DNA from: an uncultured Ignavibacteria bacterium
GTDB lineage: Bacteria > Bacteroidota > Ignavibacteria > UBA10030 > SZUA-254
Length of the DNA stretch: 64,000 nt
Reading direction: 5' to 3'
NCBI GenBank assembly: GCA_963724215.1
Contig: CAVRTZ010000026.1
Location: 75,960-139,959 of the forward strand
Part shown: positions 33,447 to 43,522 of the stretch, piece by piece
Position numbering within the stretch: the stretch's first letter is position 1
Layout of the letters: each line of letters begins with the position of its first letter
Made by a program: the position numbers and the translations under genes
The notes under the pieces: generated by a model
Database searches by the model: none
What the model was told of the DNA's origin: nothing
The model's input: the letters and a program-made list of their open reading frames with translations, nothing else

Positions 33447-35504
33447 ATGCCTTCTCTCCAGACTCTCGCCTTCATCGTCGTCCTGGCCGGATCACTCGCG
33501 TTCTTCGCCGTCAACGTGCGGCGCCTCGCCGGGTATCTGCGGATCGGAAAAGCGGACGCCCGCACAGACCGCCCCGCCGAACGGCTCCGCAACGTCCTGA
33601 CCGTGGCGTTCGGACAGACCAAACTCCTCCGGGAGCCGCTCGCGGGCATCCTGCATTTCTTCATCTTCTGGGGTTTCGTGATCCTCCTGAGCGCGATCGT
33701 CGAAACCATCGGGGAGGGGCTCGTCCCCGGATTCAGCCTCGCCTTCCTCGGCCCCCTCTACCCGCCGCTGGCGTTCCTCCAGGAATCGATCGGGCTGATG
33801 GTGGTGGTGTCGACGGCCGTGAGCCTACTGCGGCGTTACGTCCGTCCCCCCGCGAGGCTCGACGTCGGGGGGCACGCGCGGTTCGACGCCACGCTGATCC
33901 TCCTCTGGATCCTGTCGATCATCCTCTCGATGTTCGGCCAGAACGCGTCCAACATCGCCGGCGGGGCGGACATCGCCAACGCGGCGCGGTTCGTCTCGGT
34001 CCCGCTGGCGGCGATCTTCACCGGGGGCGAGACCGGGAACGCGGCCGCCTGGTTCGCCGTCTTCTGGTGGGCGCACATCATGCTGGTGCTCGGGTTCCTG
34101 AATTACCTCCCCTATTCGAAACACCTGCACATCCTCTCCTCGGTGCCGAACGTCTTCTTCGCGAAGCTCGGGCGCCGCGGGACGCTGAAGAACCTGAACC
34201 TCCAGGACGAGAGCGCGGTCCGGTTCGGCGCCGCCGACGTGGAAGACCTCACCTGGAAACAGCTCCTGGACGGGTACACGTGCACCGAATGCGGCCGGTG
34301 TACCGCCGCGTGCCCCGCGGCGTCCACGGGCAAGCTCCTCTCCCCGAAGAAGATCATCGTCGACATCCGCAAACGGCTCGTTGAGAAGGCGCCGGGCCTG
34401 CTCGCCGCCGCGCGGACGGCGGAAGCCACCGCGGCCGGTGCCGGGGCGTCGGTCACGCCGCCGTCGGATCCCGGACGCCAGCTCGTCGACGGGTACATCA
34501 CCGAGGACGAGCTCTGGGCGTGCACGACCTGCATGGCCTGCGTGCAGGAGTGCCCCGTGCAGATCGAGCACGTCGACGCGATCGTCGACATGCGACGCTA
34601 CCTCGTGCTGAACGAGTCGAGGTTTCCGAAGGAGATGCAGGCGACGTTCCAGAACCTCGAGAGGAATTTCACGCCCTGGGCGTTCAGCCACGGCGCGCGG
34701 GCGGATTGGGCGCAGGGGATGGGGATCCCGACGATGGCCGGCGGACTCCCGGCAAACCCGGAGCGGGTGCTCTTCTGGGTGGGATGCGCCGGGGCGTACG
34801 ACGCCCGGTATACGAAGGTGACGAAGGCGTTCGCCCGGCTGATGCAGATCGCCGGGATCGACTTCGCGATCCTCGGGACGGAGGAAAAATGCACCGGCGA
34901 CCCTGCCCGCCGGGCCGGGAACGAGTACCTCGCGCAGACGCTGATGGCGGAGAACGTCCAGGTCCTGAACGGACACGGGGTGAAGAAAATCGTGACCACC
35001 TGCCCCCACTGTTTCAACATCCTGCTCAACGAATATCCGCAGCTCGGCGGCCGGTACGAGGTGGTCCACCATTCCGACTTCCTCAACGGCCTGATCGACT
35101 CCGGGAGATTGAAGCTGACGGCCGGGCAACGCGCGAAAATCACCTACCACGACTCCTGCTACATCGGCAGGTACAACCAGCTCTACGATGAACCGCGGCG
35201 GGTCCTCTCGTCGGTCCCCGGCGTGGAGCTCGCCGAGATGCCGCGGAGCCGCGACCGCGGTTTCTGCTGCGGTGCGGGCGGCGCGAGGATGTTCATGGAG
35301 GAAACCACGGGGAAGAGGGTGAACGTCGAGAGGACCGAAGAGGCCCTCCGGCTCGAGCCCGACGTCATCGGCACCGCCTGCCCGTTCTGCATGACCATGA
35401 TGACCGACGGGGTCAAGGACCGCGACGCCGCCGACCGGGTGCGGGTGAAGGACATCGCCGAAATCATCCTGGAAGCCGTGGCAGAGGGGAAATCGGAGGC
35501 ATGA
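33447..35504 (+). CDS. membrane-anchored (Fe-S)-binding oxidoreductase, HdrD/GlpC/DsrK-like with two CCG domains
   Basis: N-terminal ~250 aa with multiple TM helices. Two ferredoxin motifs, CTECGRCTAACP and CTTCMACVQECP. C-terminal Cys-rich CCG domains (...TTCPHC..., ...YHDSCYIG...FCCGAGG). Confidence 0.75.
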   Translation: MPSLQTLAFIVVLAGSLAFFAVNVRRLAGYLRIGKADARTDRPAERLRNVLTVAFGQTKLLREPLAGILHFFIFWGFVILLSAIVETIGEGLVPGFSLAFLGPLYPPLAFLQESIGLMVVVSTAVSLLRRYVRPPARLDVGGHARFDATLILLWILSIILSMFGQNASNIAGGADIANAARFVSVPLAAIFTGGETGNAAAWFAVFWWAHIMLVLGFLNYLPYSKHLHILSSVPNVFFAKLGRRGTLKNLNLQDESAVRFGAADVEDLTWKQLLDGYTCTECGRCTAACPAASTGKLLSPKKIIVDIRKRLVEKAPGLLAAARTAEATAAGAGASVTPPSDPGRQLVDGYITEDELWACTTCMACVQECPVQIEHVDAIVDMRRYLVLNESRFPKEMQATFQNLERNFTPWAFSHGARADWAQGMGIPTMAGGLPANPERVLFWVGCAGAYDARYTKVTKAFARLMQIAGIDFAILGTEEKCTGDPARRAGNEYLAQTLMAENVQVLNGHGVKKIVTTCPHCFNILLNEYPQLGGRYEVVHHSDFLNGLIDSGRLKLTAGQRAKITYHDSCYIGRYNQLYDEPRRVLSSVPGVELAEMPRSRDRGFCCGAGGARMFMEETTGKRVNVERTEEALRLEPDVIGTACPFCMTMMTDGVKDRDAADRVRVKDIAEIILEAVAEGKSEA

Positions 35505-36256
35505 CGCCCTGGGTCATACGCATCATCGCGGCGAACGCCGTGATGTTCGCCGTCACCAACCTGGTCCCCGGCATCGAGCGGGAGCTGATGTTCATGCCGG
35601 CCGAAGCGCTGCTCCGGCCGTGGACCGCCGTCACCTATATGTTCCTCCACGGGGGATTCGGGCACATCCTCTTCAACATGCTGGCGCTCTTCTTCTTCGG
35701 CCCCAGGCTTGAAGGCGAGCTCGGGGCGAAACGGTTCCTCTGGCTCTACTTCATCAGCGGCCTTTCCGGGGCGGCCCTCTCGTTCCTGTTCTCCTTCAAC
35801 ACGCCGATCATCGGCGCTTCGGCGGCGGTCTACGGCGTCCTGATCGGCTTCACCTGGTTCTGGCCCCGCTCGCAGATCTTCCTCTGGGGGATCCTCCCGG
35901 TGGAGGCGCGGTGGCTCGTGGCGGGGATGACCGCGCTTTCCATTTTCGGGGGATTCGGGGGTGGCGGCGACGGCATCGCCCACTTCGCGCACCTCGGGGG
36001 GTTCCTCGGAGGGTACCTCTATCTCAGGTCGGCGGCCCCTCGCAAGGACGGCGCCGTCTCAGCCGTGCCCCCCCCCGTGCAACGCCCGTCGATCGACGCC
36101 GCGACGCTTCAGCGGTGGAGGAGCATCCCGACCGCGGGAATGCACGAGGTGAACAGGGAGGAATTCCAGAGGATCATGGCCAAGGTGGACGGGGAGGGGG
36201 CGGGGAGCCTGACCCCGCAGGAGATCGCATTCCTCGAACGGTTCAGCGCCCGGTAG
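35501..36256 (+). CDS. rhomboid-family intramembrane serine protease
   Basis: ATGA overlap with the upstream Fe-S gene. ...YMFLHGGFGHILFNM...IGASAAVYGV (GxSx catalytic Ser)...HFAHLGGFLGG (His). Confidence 0.8.
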   Translation: MTPWVIRIIAANAVMFAVTNLVPGIERELMFMPAEALLRPWTAVTYMFLHGGFGHILFNMLALFFFGPRLEGELGAKRFLWLYFISGLSGAALSFLFSFNTPIIGASAAVYGVLIGFTWFWPRSQIFLWGILPVEARWLVAGMTALSIFGGFGGGGDGIAHFAHLGGFLGGYLYLRSAAPRKDGAVSAVPPPVQRPSIDAATLQRWRSIPTAGMHEVNREEFQRIMAKVDGEGAGSLTPQEIAFLERFSAR

Positions 36257-36260
36257 GGGC

Positions 36261-36683
36261 TCACTCGCCCGCTTCCAGCTCACCCATCGGGTTCGCGCGT
36301 ATCAACATCAGGATCGCCGATTGCGACACGATCAGGTACTTCGTGCCATCGTACTCGATCTCGATCGCCTGGTCCCTCAGAAAGATCGCATAGTCCCCCT
36401 CCTCGGCCTGCAGCGGGATGTACTTCACCGGCTCCTTCGCGGCGGTCGACCACGACTCCTGGTCGATGAAATTCGGATTGGCCACCGGGTATCCCGGGCC
36501 GACTTTCACGATGTAACCGCTCTGGACTTTCTCCTTCTCCCTGACGCCGGGGGGAAGATAGAGGCCGTGCTCGCTCCGGTCCCGGTCGCTGTCCGGGATG
36601 ACGAGGGCGCGGTCGCCCACCACGAGCATCGTCTTGTTGCGGGACTTCGCCTGCTTCCCTGTCGATCCGTCGTCGGACATCAC
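36261..36683 (-). CDS. GroES/Cpn10-family (chaperonin-10-like) protein, long form
   Basis: 140 aa. ...MLVVGDRALVIPDSDRDRSEHGLYLPPGVREKEKVQSGYIVKVGPG... resembles the Cpn10 mobile-loop/beta-barrel pattern with extra N-terminal and internal segments. Confidence 0.5.
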   Translation of the reverse strand: MMSDDGSTGKQAKSRNKTMLVVGDRALVIPDSDRDRSEHGLYLPPGVREKEKVQSGYIVKVGPGYPVANPNFIDQESWSTAAKEPVKYIPLQAEEGDYAIFLRDQAIEIEYDGTKYLIVSQSAILMLIRANPMGELEAGE

Positions 36684-37348
36684 CCGAACCTGTAGACGTC
36701 GAGCCAGGGGAGGAGGAAGGCGTATCCCGCCCAGAGGGCCAGCCCCACCGAGAGCGGGACCGAGAGGTTGTCGTCGATGCCGGTCGGCGAGGCCTCGACG
36801 ACGGTGCCGACGAGCGCCGCGGCCGCCCCGACGGCGTACTCGGCGGCGCTGTACCCGACTTTCGGCGTCGCCGCGATGATGATCAGCGCCGTCACGAAAA
36901 ACGCGGCGCTCCCCTCGACCGATTTACCGAAAAATTTTCTTCGCCCGTATCTCCTGCCGACGAGGGCCGCCGCGAGGTCGGAGACGATCAGGATCAGGAA
37001 CGAGGGGAGGGCGATCAGTTTGGGGAAGATGAAGATCGACACCGTGGCTGCGATCAGCACGTAGGTGGCGCCGTTGAGCCTTTTCTGTCTCGCGTCGCTC
37101 TCGTGGCTCCTGAGCAGCGGTCCGAACACCGCATGGTAGATCCGGAAGAGCGGGGGATAGTAATGCCGCCCCAGGTCCAGGGAGAGCGCGACGACGGTGA
37201 GAGCCGCCGAGACGATTAGGGCCGTCTCCCTCGGCGTGAGGAGATAGAAGATGGGGATGCTGATCGAGGAGAAGTGTATCGCTTTCCGGATCACCTCCTT
37301 CCGGAACTCCCCCGGCGGAAGGACATTTGGCTCCTGGCGCGGCATCAT
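36680..37348 (-). CDS. dolichol/phytol-kinase-like (CTP-dependent polyprenol kinase / CDS family) membrane protein
   Basis: 222 aa, ~6 TM. ...RKAIHFSSISIP...NGATYVLIA...LIVSDLAAALVGRRYGRRKF...KSVEGSAAFF... Confidence 0.5.
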   Translation of the reverse strand: MMPRQEPNVLPPGEFRKEVIRKAIHFSSISIPIFYLLTPRETALIVSAALTVVALSLDLGRHYYPPLFRIYHAVFGPLLRSHESDARQKRLNGATYVLIAATVSIFIFPKLIALPSFLILIVSDLAAALVGRRYGRRKFFGKSVEGSAAFFVTALIIIAATPKVGYSAAEYAVGAAAALVGTVVEASPTGIDDNLSVPLSVGLALWAGYAFLLPWLDVYRFG

Positions 37349-37361
37349 TCCCCGGGAACGG

Positions 37362-39401
37362 TCACGCCCCGGCGGCGGGCCCGGCCGCCGGCTGGCCGGC
37401 CTTCGGGTGGCCGTTGTCCTTCGCCTCCAGCGGCGGGAGCGTCTCGCCCCGGAGGATCGTATTGATCTCCTCGCCGTCGAGGATCTCGCGCTCGAGCAGT
37501 GCCTCCGCGAGGTGGTGCAGCGAATCGATGTTGTCGCGCAACAGCTTTTCCGCCCGTTCCATTCCGTCCATGATGATCTTCTTGGTTTCCTGGTCGATCA
37601 GGACCGACGTGCTCTCGGAGTAGTTCTTCGAGCGGGTGATCTCGCGGCCGAGGAAGATCTCCTCCTCTTTCGTGCCGTAGGCGAGGGGACCCATCTTTTC
37701 GCTCATCCCCCATTCGCAGACCATCTTGTGCGCCAGGCTCGTGGCGCGCTCGATGTCGTTCCCCGCGCCGGTGGTGAACTGGTTGTATATGAGCTTTTCG
37801 GCGGCGCGCCCGCCGAGGGCGTAGGCGATCATCGCCTCGAGGTACTCCTTCGAGTAGGTGTGTTTCTCGTCGATGGGCAGGTACGTCGTCACCCCGAGCG
37901 CCCGCCCGCGCGGTATGATGGTGACCTTGTGGACCGGGTCCGCCTCCGGGATCAGCCTCGCCACCAGGACGTGGCCGGACTCGTGGTACGCGGTGATCTT
38001 TTTCTCCCGGTCGGAGATGATCAGGCTCTTCCGCTCCATCCCCATCATCACCTTGTCCTTCGCCTCCTCGAAATGCCGCATCCCAACCTCCTTGCAGTTC
38101 TGGCGGGCGGCGAGCAGGGCCGCCTCGTTCACCAGGTTCGCGAGGTCGGCGCCCGCCAGTCCGGGCGTTCCCTTGGCCAGCACGTCCAGCTTGACGCTCG
38201 CCTCGAGGGGGATGTTCCTGGTGTGGACCTTCAGGATCCCCTCGCGGCCCCTCACGTCGGGGCGGTCCACGACCACCTGGCGGTCGAACCTTCCGGGCCT
38301 GAGGAGGGCCGGATCGAGGACGTCCGGCCTGTTCGTCGCGGCGATGATGATCACCCCGCTGTTCTGTTCGAACCCGTCCATCTCGACGAGGAGCTGGTTC
38401 AGGGTCTGCTCCCGTTCGTCGTGGCCCCCGCCGAGCCCCGCCCCCCGGTGCCGCCCGACCGCGTCGATCTCATCGATGAAAATGATCGCCGGCGCGCTCT
38501 TCTTCCCGGTCTCGAAGAGGTCGCGCACCCGGCTCGCGCCGACGCCCACGAACATCTCCACGAATTCCGCTCCCGAAATGGAGAAGAAGGGAACGCCCGC
38601 CTCGCCGGCCACGGCCCTCGCCAGAAGGGTCTTGCCCGTGCCGGGCGGGCCGAGCAGGAGGACGCCGCGCGGGATCTTGCCACCGAGCCGCTGGAACTTC
38701 GAGGGTTCTTTCAGGAATTCGATGATCTCCTGCAATTCGTACTTTGCCTCATCGGCGCCCGCGACGTCCTGGAACGTGACCTTGGTCGTCCCCTCGGCCT
38801 GCATCTTCGCGCGGCTCTTGCCGAACGAAAAGATGCCCTTCGTCCCGACGCCCTGCATCCGGCGCATCACGATGAGCCAGATGACCAGCAGCAGGACCCA
38901 CGGAAGTGCGCTCAGGAGGGCGTTCATCCAGGTGTTGTCCTCCCTGGTGATCGTGAACTGGATCCCCCGGTCGTTCCATTCCTTGACGACCTCGGTGTCG
39001 ATGAAGGGGAGGAGGACGTAGAACCGCTCGATCGTCACCCGCTTTCCGCCGGGGGTGTCGATCGTTTCCGCGCCCTTGAGCGTCCCGTGGAATTCGTAGT
39101 TGTTCAATTCCGATTTCTTGACGATCGCCGAGGCGACCTTGCCGCCCCTGAGGTATTCAAGGTAGGTCGTATAGGGCACTTCGTACTGGCTCACTTCCTG
39201 TGTCCGGAAGAGGGTGACCAGGATGAAAACTCCGAAAATGATGGCCGACCAGCTTAAAACGACCTTGAGGACCTTCCCCCAGTTGAAATCGTCATCGTTC
39301 CTGAATTGATTTTTCGGCATCCTCGGTTTCCTCGGTCGTGCGTTTTTACGCTGAAATCCCTTGCCGCCGCTGCTCCTCGGGGTCTGTTTCTCGTCGCTCA
39401 T
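37362..39401 (-). CDS. ftsH: ATP-dependent zinc metalloprotease FtsH
   Basis: 679 aa. Walker A GPPGTGKT, Walker [13 protein letters not shown] ...[24 protein letters not shown] zinc site. Confidence 0.96.
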   Translation of the reverse strand: MSDEKQTPRSSGGKGFQRKNARPRKPRMPKNQFRNDDDFNWGKVLKVVLSWSAIIFGVFILVTLFRTQEVSQYEVPYTTYLEYLRGGKVASAIVKKSELNNYEFHGTLKGAETIDTPGGKRVTIERFYVLLPFIDTEVVKEWNDRGIQFTITREDNTWMNALLSALPWVLLLVIWLIVMRRMQGVGTKGIFSFGKSRAKMQAEGTTKVTFQDVAGADEAKYELQEIIEFLKEPSKFQRLGGKIPRGVLLLGPPGTGKTLLARAVAGEAGVPFFSISGAEFVEMFVGVGASRVRDLFETGKKSAPAIIFIDEIDAVGRHRGAGLGGGHDEREQTLNQLLVEMDGFEQNSGVIIIAATNRPDVLDPALLRPGRFDRQVVVDRPDVRGREGILKVHTRNIPLEASVKLDVLAKGTPGLAGADLANLVNEAALLAARQNCKEVGMRHFEEAKDKVMMGMERKSLIISDREKKITAYHESGHVLVARLIPEADPVHKVTIIPRGRALGVTTYLPIDEKHTYSKEYLEAMIAYALGGRAAEKLIYNQFTTGAGNDIERATSLAHKMVCEWGMSEKMGPLAYGTKEEEIFLGREITRSKNYSESTSVLIDQETKKIIMDGMERAEKLLRDNIDSLHHLAEALLEREILDGEEINTILRGETLPPLEAKDNGHPKAGQPAAGPAAGA

Positions 39402-39541
39402 TGCATTCCCTGGTGATGTTCAAATCCCGCGTCCCCCGCCGGATTGGGACCTCCAACCGCGGTGCCGGATTGACAATATTATAATGAAAATCCATCAAAA
39501 GTGCGAAATCGGGGGGATGGCTCGCCGGTTTCACCGCCGCT

Positions 39542-40931
39542 TCACCGTGGCGCCGGTTCGTACGACAGGCGGAGGATTCGTTCGGTGCGGGGCGTGACTT
39601 TGAACCGGTCGTCGAGCCGCTGGCCACACACCCAGACAATCGCGTCGCCGGACGCGAGGATCGGGATGCGCCGTTTTTCAGGAAGGGCGATTTTCCGGTC
39701 GACGAAAAAATCGCTCAGTTTTTTCCGGTCACCCATGCCGAACGGGACGAACCAGTCTCCGTCCGACCAGGAGCGGAGCCGCAGGTCGCTCCCGAGGAGA
39801 CCCTCGTCGACATATTCCTCCAACGGCGTGGAGCCGTATCGCGTCGCGGCCACGACCGAGGAGGAGAAGGAGAACGCGTCGAAGGCATACGATTCACCCG
39901 CCCTCACCGGAAAGTCGAACGTTCCGGCGGCCGGTGCGGAACGGCGCAGGACGAGGAAGGCGCCCTCCCGTGCCGCGTGGAGATCCTTCGACACCGGGCA
40001 GGACGATCCCGACCGGGCCCCCAGCAGGTCGACGAGGGCCCTGACATGGACGTACCCGATGCCGTACGGATTGAACAACCTGGAGCAATGCAGGAGGACC
40101 GACTCCCTCAGGAAGAGCGGAAGCTCCTCCATCTTCCCCGCGATCAAGCGCACCTCCGTCGCGGCGGAGGGGGCCAGGACCGCCGGGAGCGCCCGTTCCA
40201 CCTCCATCCCGACGAACGCTTCGAGGTCGGAAAACAGGATGGCGGTCCTCGCAAGCGTTTCGCGAATGCCGGGATTGACGGCCGATTCGATCAGGGGGAT
40301 CAACGAGTGACGCAGCGTGTTCCTGGTGTAACCGGTCCCGGCATTGCTCGAATCCTCCCGGAACGGCACCGCATGTTCGCGGGCATAATCGAGGATGTCT
40401 TCCCTCGGCGCGAACAACAGCGGTCTGATGACGAATCCGTCGGACCGCGACACCGGGATGCCGGTCAGGCCGTGGACCCCGCTGCCGCGTAAAAAATTAA
40501 ACAGGATGGTCTCCGCATTGTCGTCGCGATGATGCGCCGTGGCCAGCCGGGTCCGGCCCGTCGGTGAACGGAGGGAATCGAAAAAGCGATATCGTTCCTC
40601 CCGGGCGCGTTCCTGGATCCCGCCGCCCCCCCGGGGCGCCGGGCGGCGACTGCGCCGGGCTCCGGTGCAGGTGAAACTCCACGCCGAGGTCCCGGGATCG
40701 CGTACGCACGAGCTCCTCGTCACCGTCGGATTCGGGCCCCCTGAGCCCGTGGTTGACGTGCGCGACGGACAGGTCGAATCCGGCGGCGGGTCGAAGGCGC
40801 TGCAGGAGATCGAGCATCACCATCGAGTCGACGCCCGCGCTGACGGCTGCGATCACCCGGTCGGCGGAGGCGAGGAGGCCGTTCCGGCCGACGAATTCGG
40901 AGAACGATTTTTCCAGTTCGGATGGTCTCAA
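39542..40931 (-). pseudogene. tilS: tRNA(Ile)-lysidine synthase, one frame disruption (start uncertain: TTG 40931 or GTG 40961)
   Basis: PP-loop ...RVIAAVSAGVDSMVMLDLL...VAHVNHGLRGPESDGDEELV...LGVEFHL in one frame. ...IQERAREERYRFFDSL...ATAHHRDDNAETILFNFLRGSG... follows in the next. The switch coincides with a 7-nt homopolymer (plus-strand C7, 40626-40632). Confidence 0.8.
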
Positions 40932-41001
40932 TCCAGGTCCCCGGAGGTCGAAAAAAAACACCTTTCGAACCGCAGGTCCGAAAGGATGGAAGGAGAATCT
41001 G

Positions 41002-41075
41002 TAGCGGAGGAGGGAGTCGAACCCCCGACACACGGATTATGATTCCGTTGCTCTAACCAACTGAGCTACTCCGCC
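41002..41075 (-). tRNA. tRNA with CAT anticodon (elongator Met or lysidine-dependent Ile2; not initiator)
   Basis: Reverse complement GGCGGAG TA GCTC AGTTGGTTA GAGC A ACGGA ATCATAA TCCGT GTGTC GGGGG TTCGACT CCCTC CTCCGCT A. Anticodon CAT is plus-strand 41039-41041. It lacks the initiator hallmarks (no C1xA72, no GGG/CCC in the anticodon stem). Confidence 0.85.
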
Positions 41076-41088
41076 AAAAAACCGTTGA

Positions 41089-41117
41089 AAGATACGGGAA
41101 AAACCCATCATAAGCAA
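41089..41117 (-). promoter_or_regulatory. candidate sigma70-type promoter for tRNA(CAT)-tilS-ftsH
   Basis: On the minus strand: TTGCTT (41117-41112), 17 nt, TATCTT (41094-41089), 13 nt before the tRNA 5' end. Lies in an AT-rich island. Confidence 0.3.
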
Positions 41118-41229
41118 GATTTTAAAGGATTTTCATTTGATTCTGCTGAAATTTCTTAATACCTTGATCACTGAGGAATCGGGACGTCGATCACCCGGCA
41201 ATCCGTTCTTAAACAGAGGATGACGTGCG

Positions 41230-41577
41230 ATGAGCGCGGCGGGACACTCGTTGAACACCATTGTTGCGTCCGCTGAACGCGTTCCCCACATCAGGAAGGG
41301 GGACGTGAGAGACGGCGACTGGCTCCTGGTGAAGACCAGGAATTCCGTCTACACGATTCTCGTGGGATCGGGCGGAAGTTGCAGGGTCTCCGGCGGCTGG
41401 TTCGACCGGCGCGGTAAATCACCGATGCATACCACCGTGGCCGGATGCACGTGGGGCGGCGCCGTCATCAAGGTGGACCTTCTCGCGGCGATCGGCCTGT
41501 GCATCGAATTCGGCAACAGGCTCATCACGACGGAGGCGAGGCGGATCGTCCTGTTCCGGAGGGAATCACTCAACTGA
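41230..41577 (+). CDS. hypothetical protein
   Basis: 115-aa ORF with coding-like codon usage, preceded by AGAGGATGA-type purine-rich RBS region. No motif I recognise. Confidence 0.45.
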   Translation: MSAAGHSLNTIVASAERVPHIRKGDVRDGDWLLVKTRNSVYTILVGSGGSCRVSGGWFDRRGKSPMHTTVAGCTWGGAVIKVDLLAAIGLCIEFGNRLITTEARRIVLFRRESLN

Positions 41578-41664
41578 TATCCCGTTGAAATTACGCATCC
41601 CCCGTCCATCCGGAACACCCTCGAACGTGGAAACACGAACAACCCCCATGGAACGCGCAGTCAC

Positions 41665-43474
41665 ATGATCAGTCGAGACACGCCCGGTCGAACGACGCGA
41701 CGGCTCGCCGTCCTCTTCGGCCTTCTGCTGCACGCCGCCGTCCTCCCCGCCGCGCCCCGGGCCGGTGACGTCCCCGCCACGGCGCCGGGCGCCACGGCGG
41801 ACACCGGCGCCCGCGACGGTGTGGTCGCGGAGATGGTGAAACGGTTCGCGGAGGATTACGGGAGCCTCGACCGGTTCTACAGCGCACCCTGTTCGCCGGT
41901 GCGGAGGGAACGGTTCACGGAATTCTTACCGGGGCTGGATTTCACAGCTCGACGCGCTTCCCTTCGACGACCTGGGCGCTCAGGAGAAAGTCGACGCAGT
42001 GTTGTTCCGGAATACGCTCGACCACGAGATCGGGCAGCTCGACATCGACGCGGAGCGTTTCACCGGGATGCTGCCGATGATCCCGTTCGCCCCGCGGCTC
42101 GTGGCCCTCGAGGAGGATCGCCGGGCCCTCAGGCCGGTCGATCCGGAGTCGACCGCGGCCCTTCTGAACGACGTGAAGAAATCGGTCATCGAAACCCGGG
42201 CACGGTATGACTCCCTCGCGAAGGCCGGAAAACCGGGGGTGAAAAAAACCGTCGCGTTCAGGGCGGCGCGCGCCGTCGGCGACCTGCAGAGGATGCTCTC
42301 CGGGTGGTTCGCCTACCACGACGGATACGACCCCGACTTCTCCTGGTGGGTGAAAGCCCCCTACGCCGCCCTCGACTCCCTCCTGGGGGAGTACGCCGGA
42401 TTCGTCAGGGAACGGCTCGTCGGGATCAGGCCGGACGACCGGACGACGATCATCGGCGACCCGATCGGCCGCGACGCGCTCATGGAGGAACTGCGCCACG
42501 AAATGATCCCCTACACACCGGACGAGCTGATCGGGATCGCGAAGAAGGAGATGGCGTGGTGCGAAGCCGAGATGGTCAAAGCGTCCCGCGAAATGGGGTA
42601 CGGCGACGACTGGAAAAAGGCCCTGGAGCACGTCAAGAACCTCCACGTGGAGCCGGGCGCTCAGCCGGAACTGATCAGGCAGCTGGCCGATGAGGCGGTC
42701 GGGTTCCTCGAAGAGCGCGACCTCGTCACGATTCCACCGCTGGCGAAGGAAACCTGGAGAATGGAAATGCTCAGTCCCGAAGCGCAACTGGTCTCGCCGT
42801 TCTTCCTCGGCGGCGAGGTGATCCAGGTTTCCTTCCCGACGAGCGGCATGAGTCACGAGCAGAAGATGATGAGCATGCGGGGGAACAACATCCACTTCTC
42901 CCGGGCGACCGTCCACCACGAACTGATCCCGGGGCATCACCTCCAGGGATTCATGAACCAGCGGTACCGCAGCTACCGCTGGGTTTTCTCGACCCCCTTC
43001 TGGACCGAGGGCTGGGCCCTGTACTGGGAGCTCCTCCTCTGGGACCTGAATTTTCCGAAGACGCCCGAGAACCGCGTCGGGATGCTTTTCTGGAGGATGC
43101 ACCGCTGCGCACGCATCATCTTCTCGCTCAGTTTCCACCAGGAGAAGATGACGCCGCAGGAGTGCGTCGACTTCCTCGTGGACAGGGTCGGGCACGAGCG
43201 GGACAACGCGACGGCGGAAGTCCGGCGTTCGTTTCGCGGCGACTACGGGCCCCTGTACCAGTGCGCCTACCTCCTGGGAGGGCTCCAGATCCGGGCGCTC
43301 CGGCGGGAAGTCGTCGAATCAGGGAGGATGACGGACCGTGAATTCCACGACACGATCCTCAGGAACAACAGCATCCCGATCGAGATGCTGCGCGTCATCG
43401 TCACCGGCGGCGACGTGAGGCGCGACCACCAGACGTCGTGGAGGTTCTACGATGACAACGGGCCGAAGCGGTAA
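41665..43474 (+). pseudogene. DUF885-family (putative metallopeptidase-like) secreted protein, one frame disruption
   Basis: Signal-like N-terminus ...RRLAVLFGLLLHAAVLPAAP... ...FAEDYGSLDRFYS...RFTEF then YRGWISQLDALPFDDLGAQEKVDAVLFRNTLDHEI... (ORF 41999-43474) with HHELIPGHH. Extra nt near 41926. Confidence 0.7.
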
Positions 43475-43522
43475 CCACGGGGTCGCCACGGCCATCACCC
43501 CATCTTCCGAAGGAGAGATCCG

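Noticed and set aside
39471-39476. Perfect TTGACA on the plus strand in the ftsH-tilS spacer, with a TATAAT on the minus strand at 39478-39483.
   Set aside because: There is no plus-strand gene downstream and no properly spaced -10 for the TTGACA. The minus-strand TATAAT has only a poor -35 (TCGCAC). It may be an internal ftsH promoter, but the evidence is insufficient to list it.
41002-41075. tRNA(CAT) as the initiator tRNA-fMet.
   Set aside because: Its first acceptor position is G, paired G1-U72 as a wobble, rather than the C1xA72 mismatch of initiators. Its anticodon stem ACGGA/TCCGT lacks the three consecutive G-C pairs characteristic of bacterial initiators.
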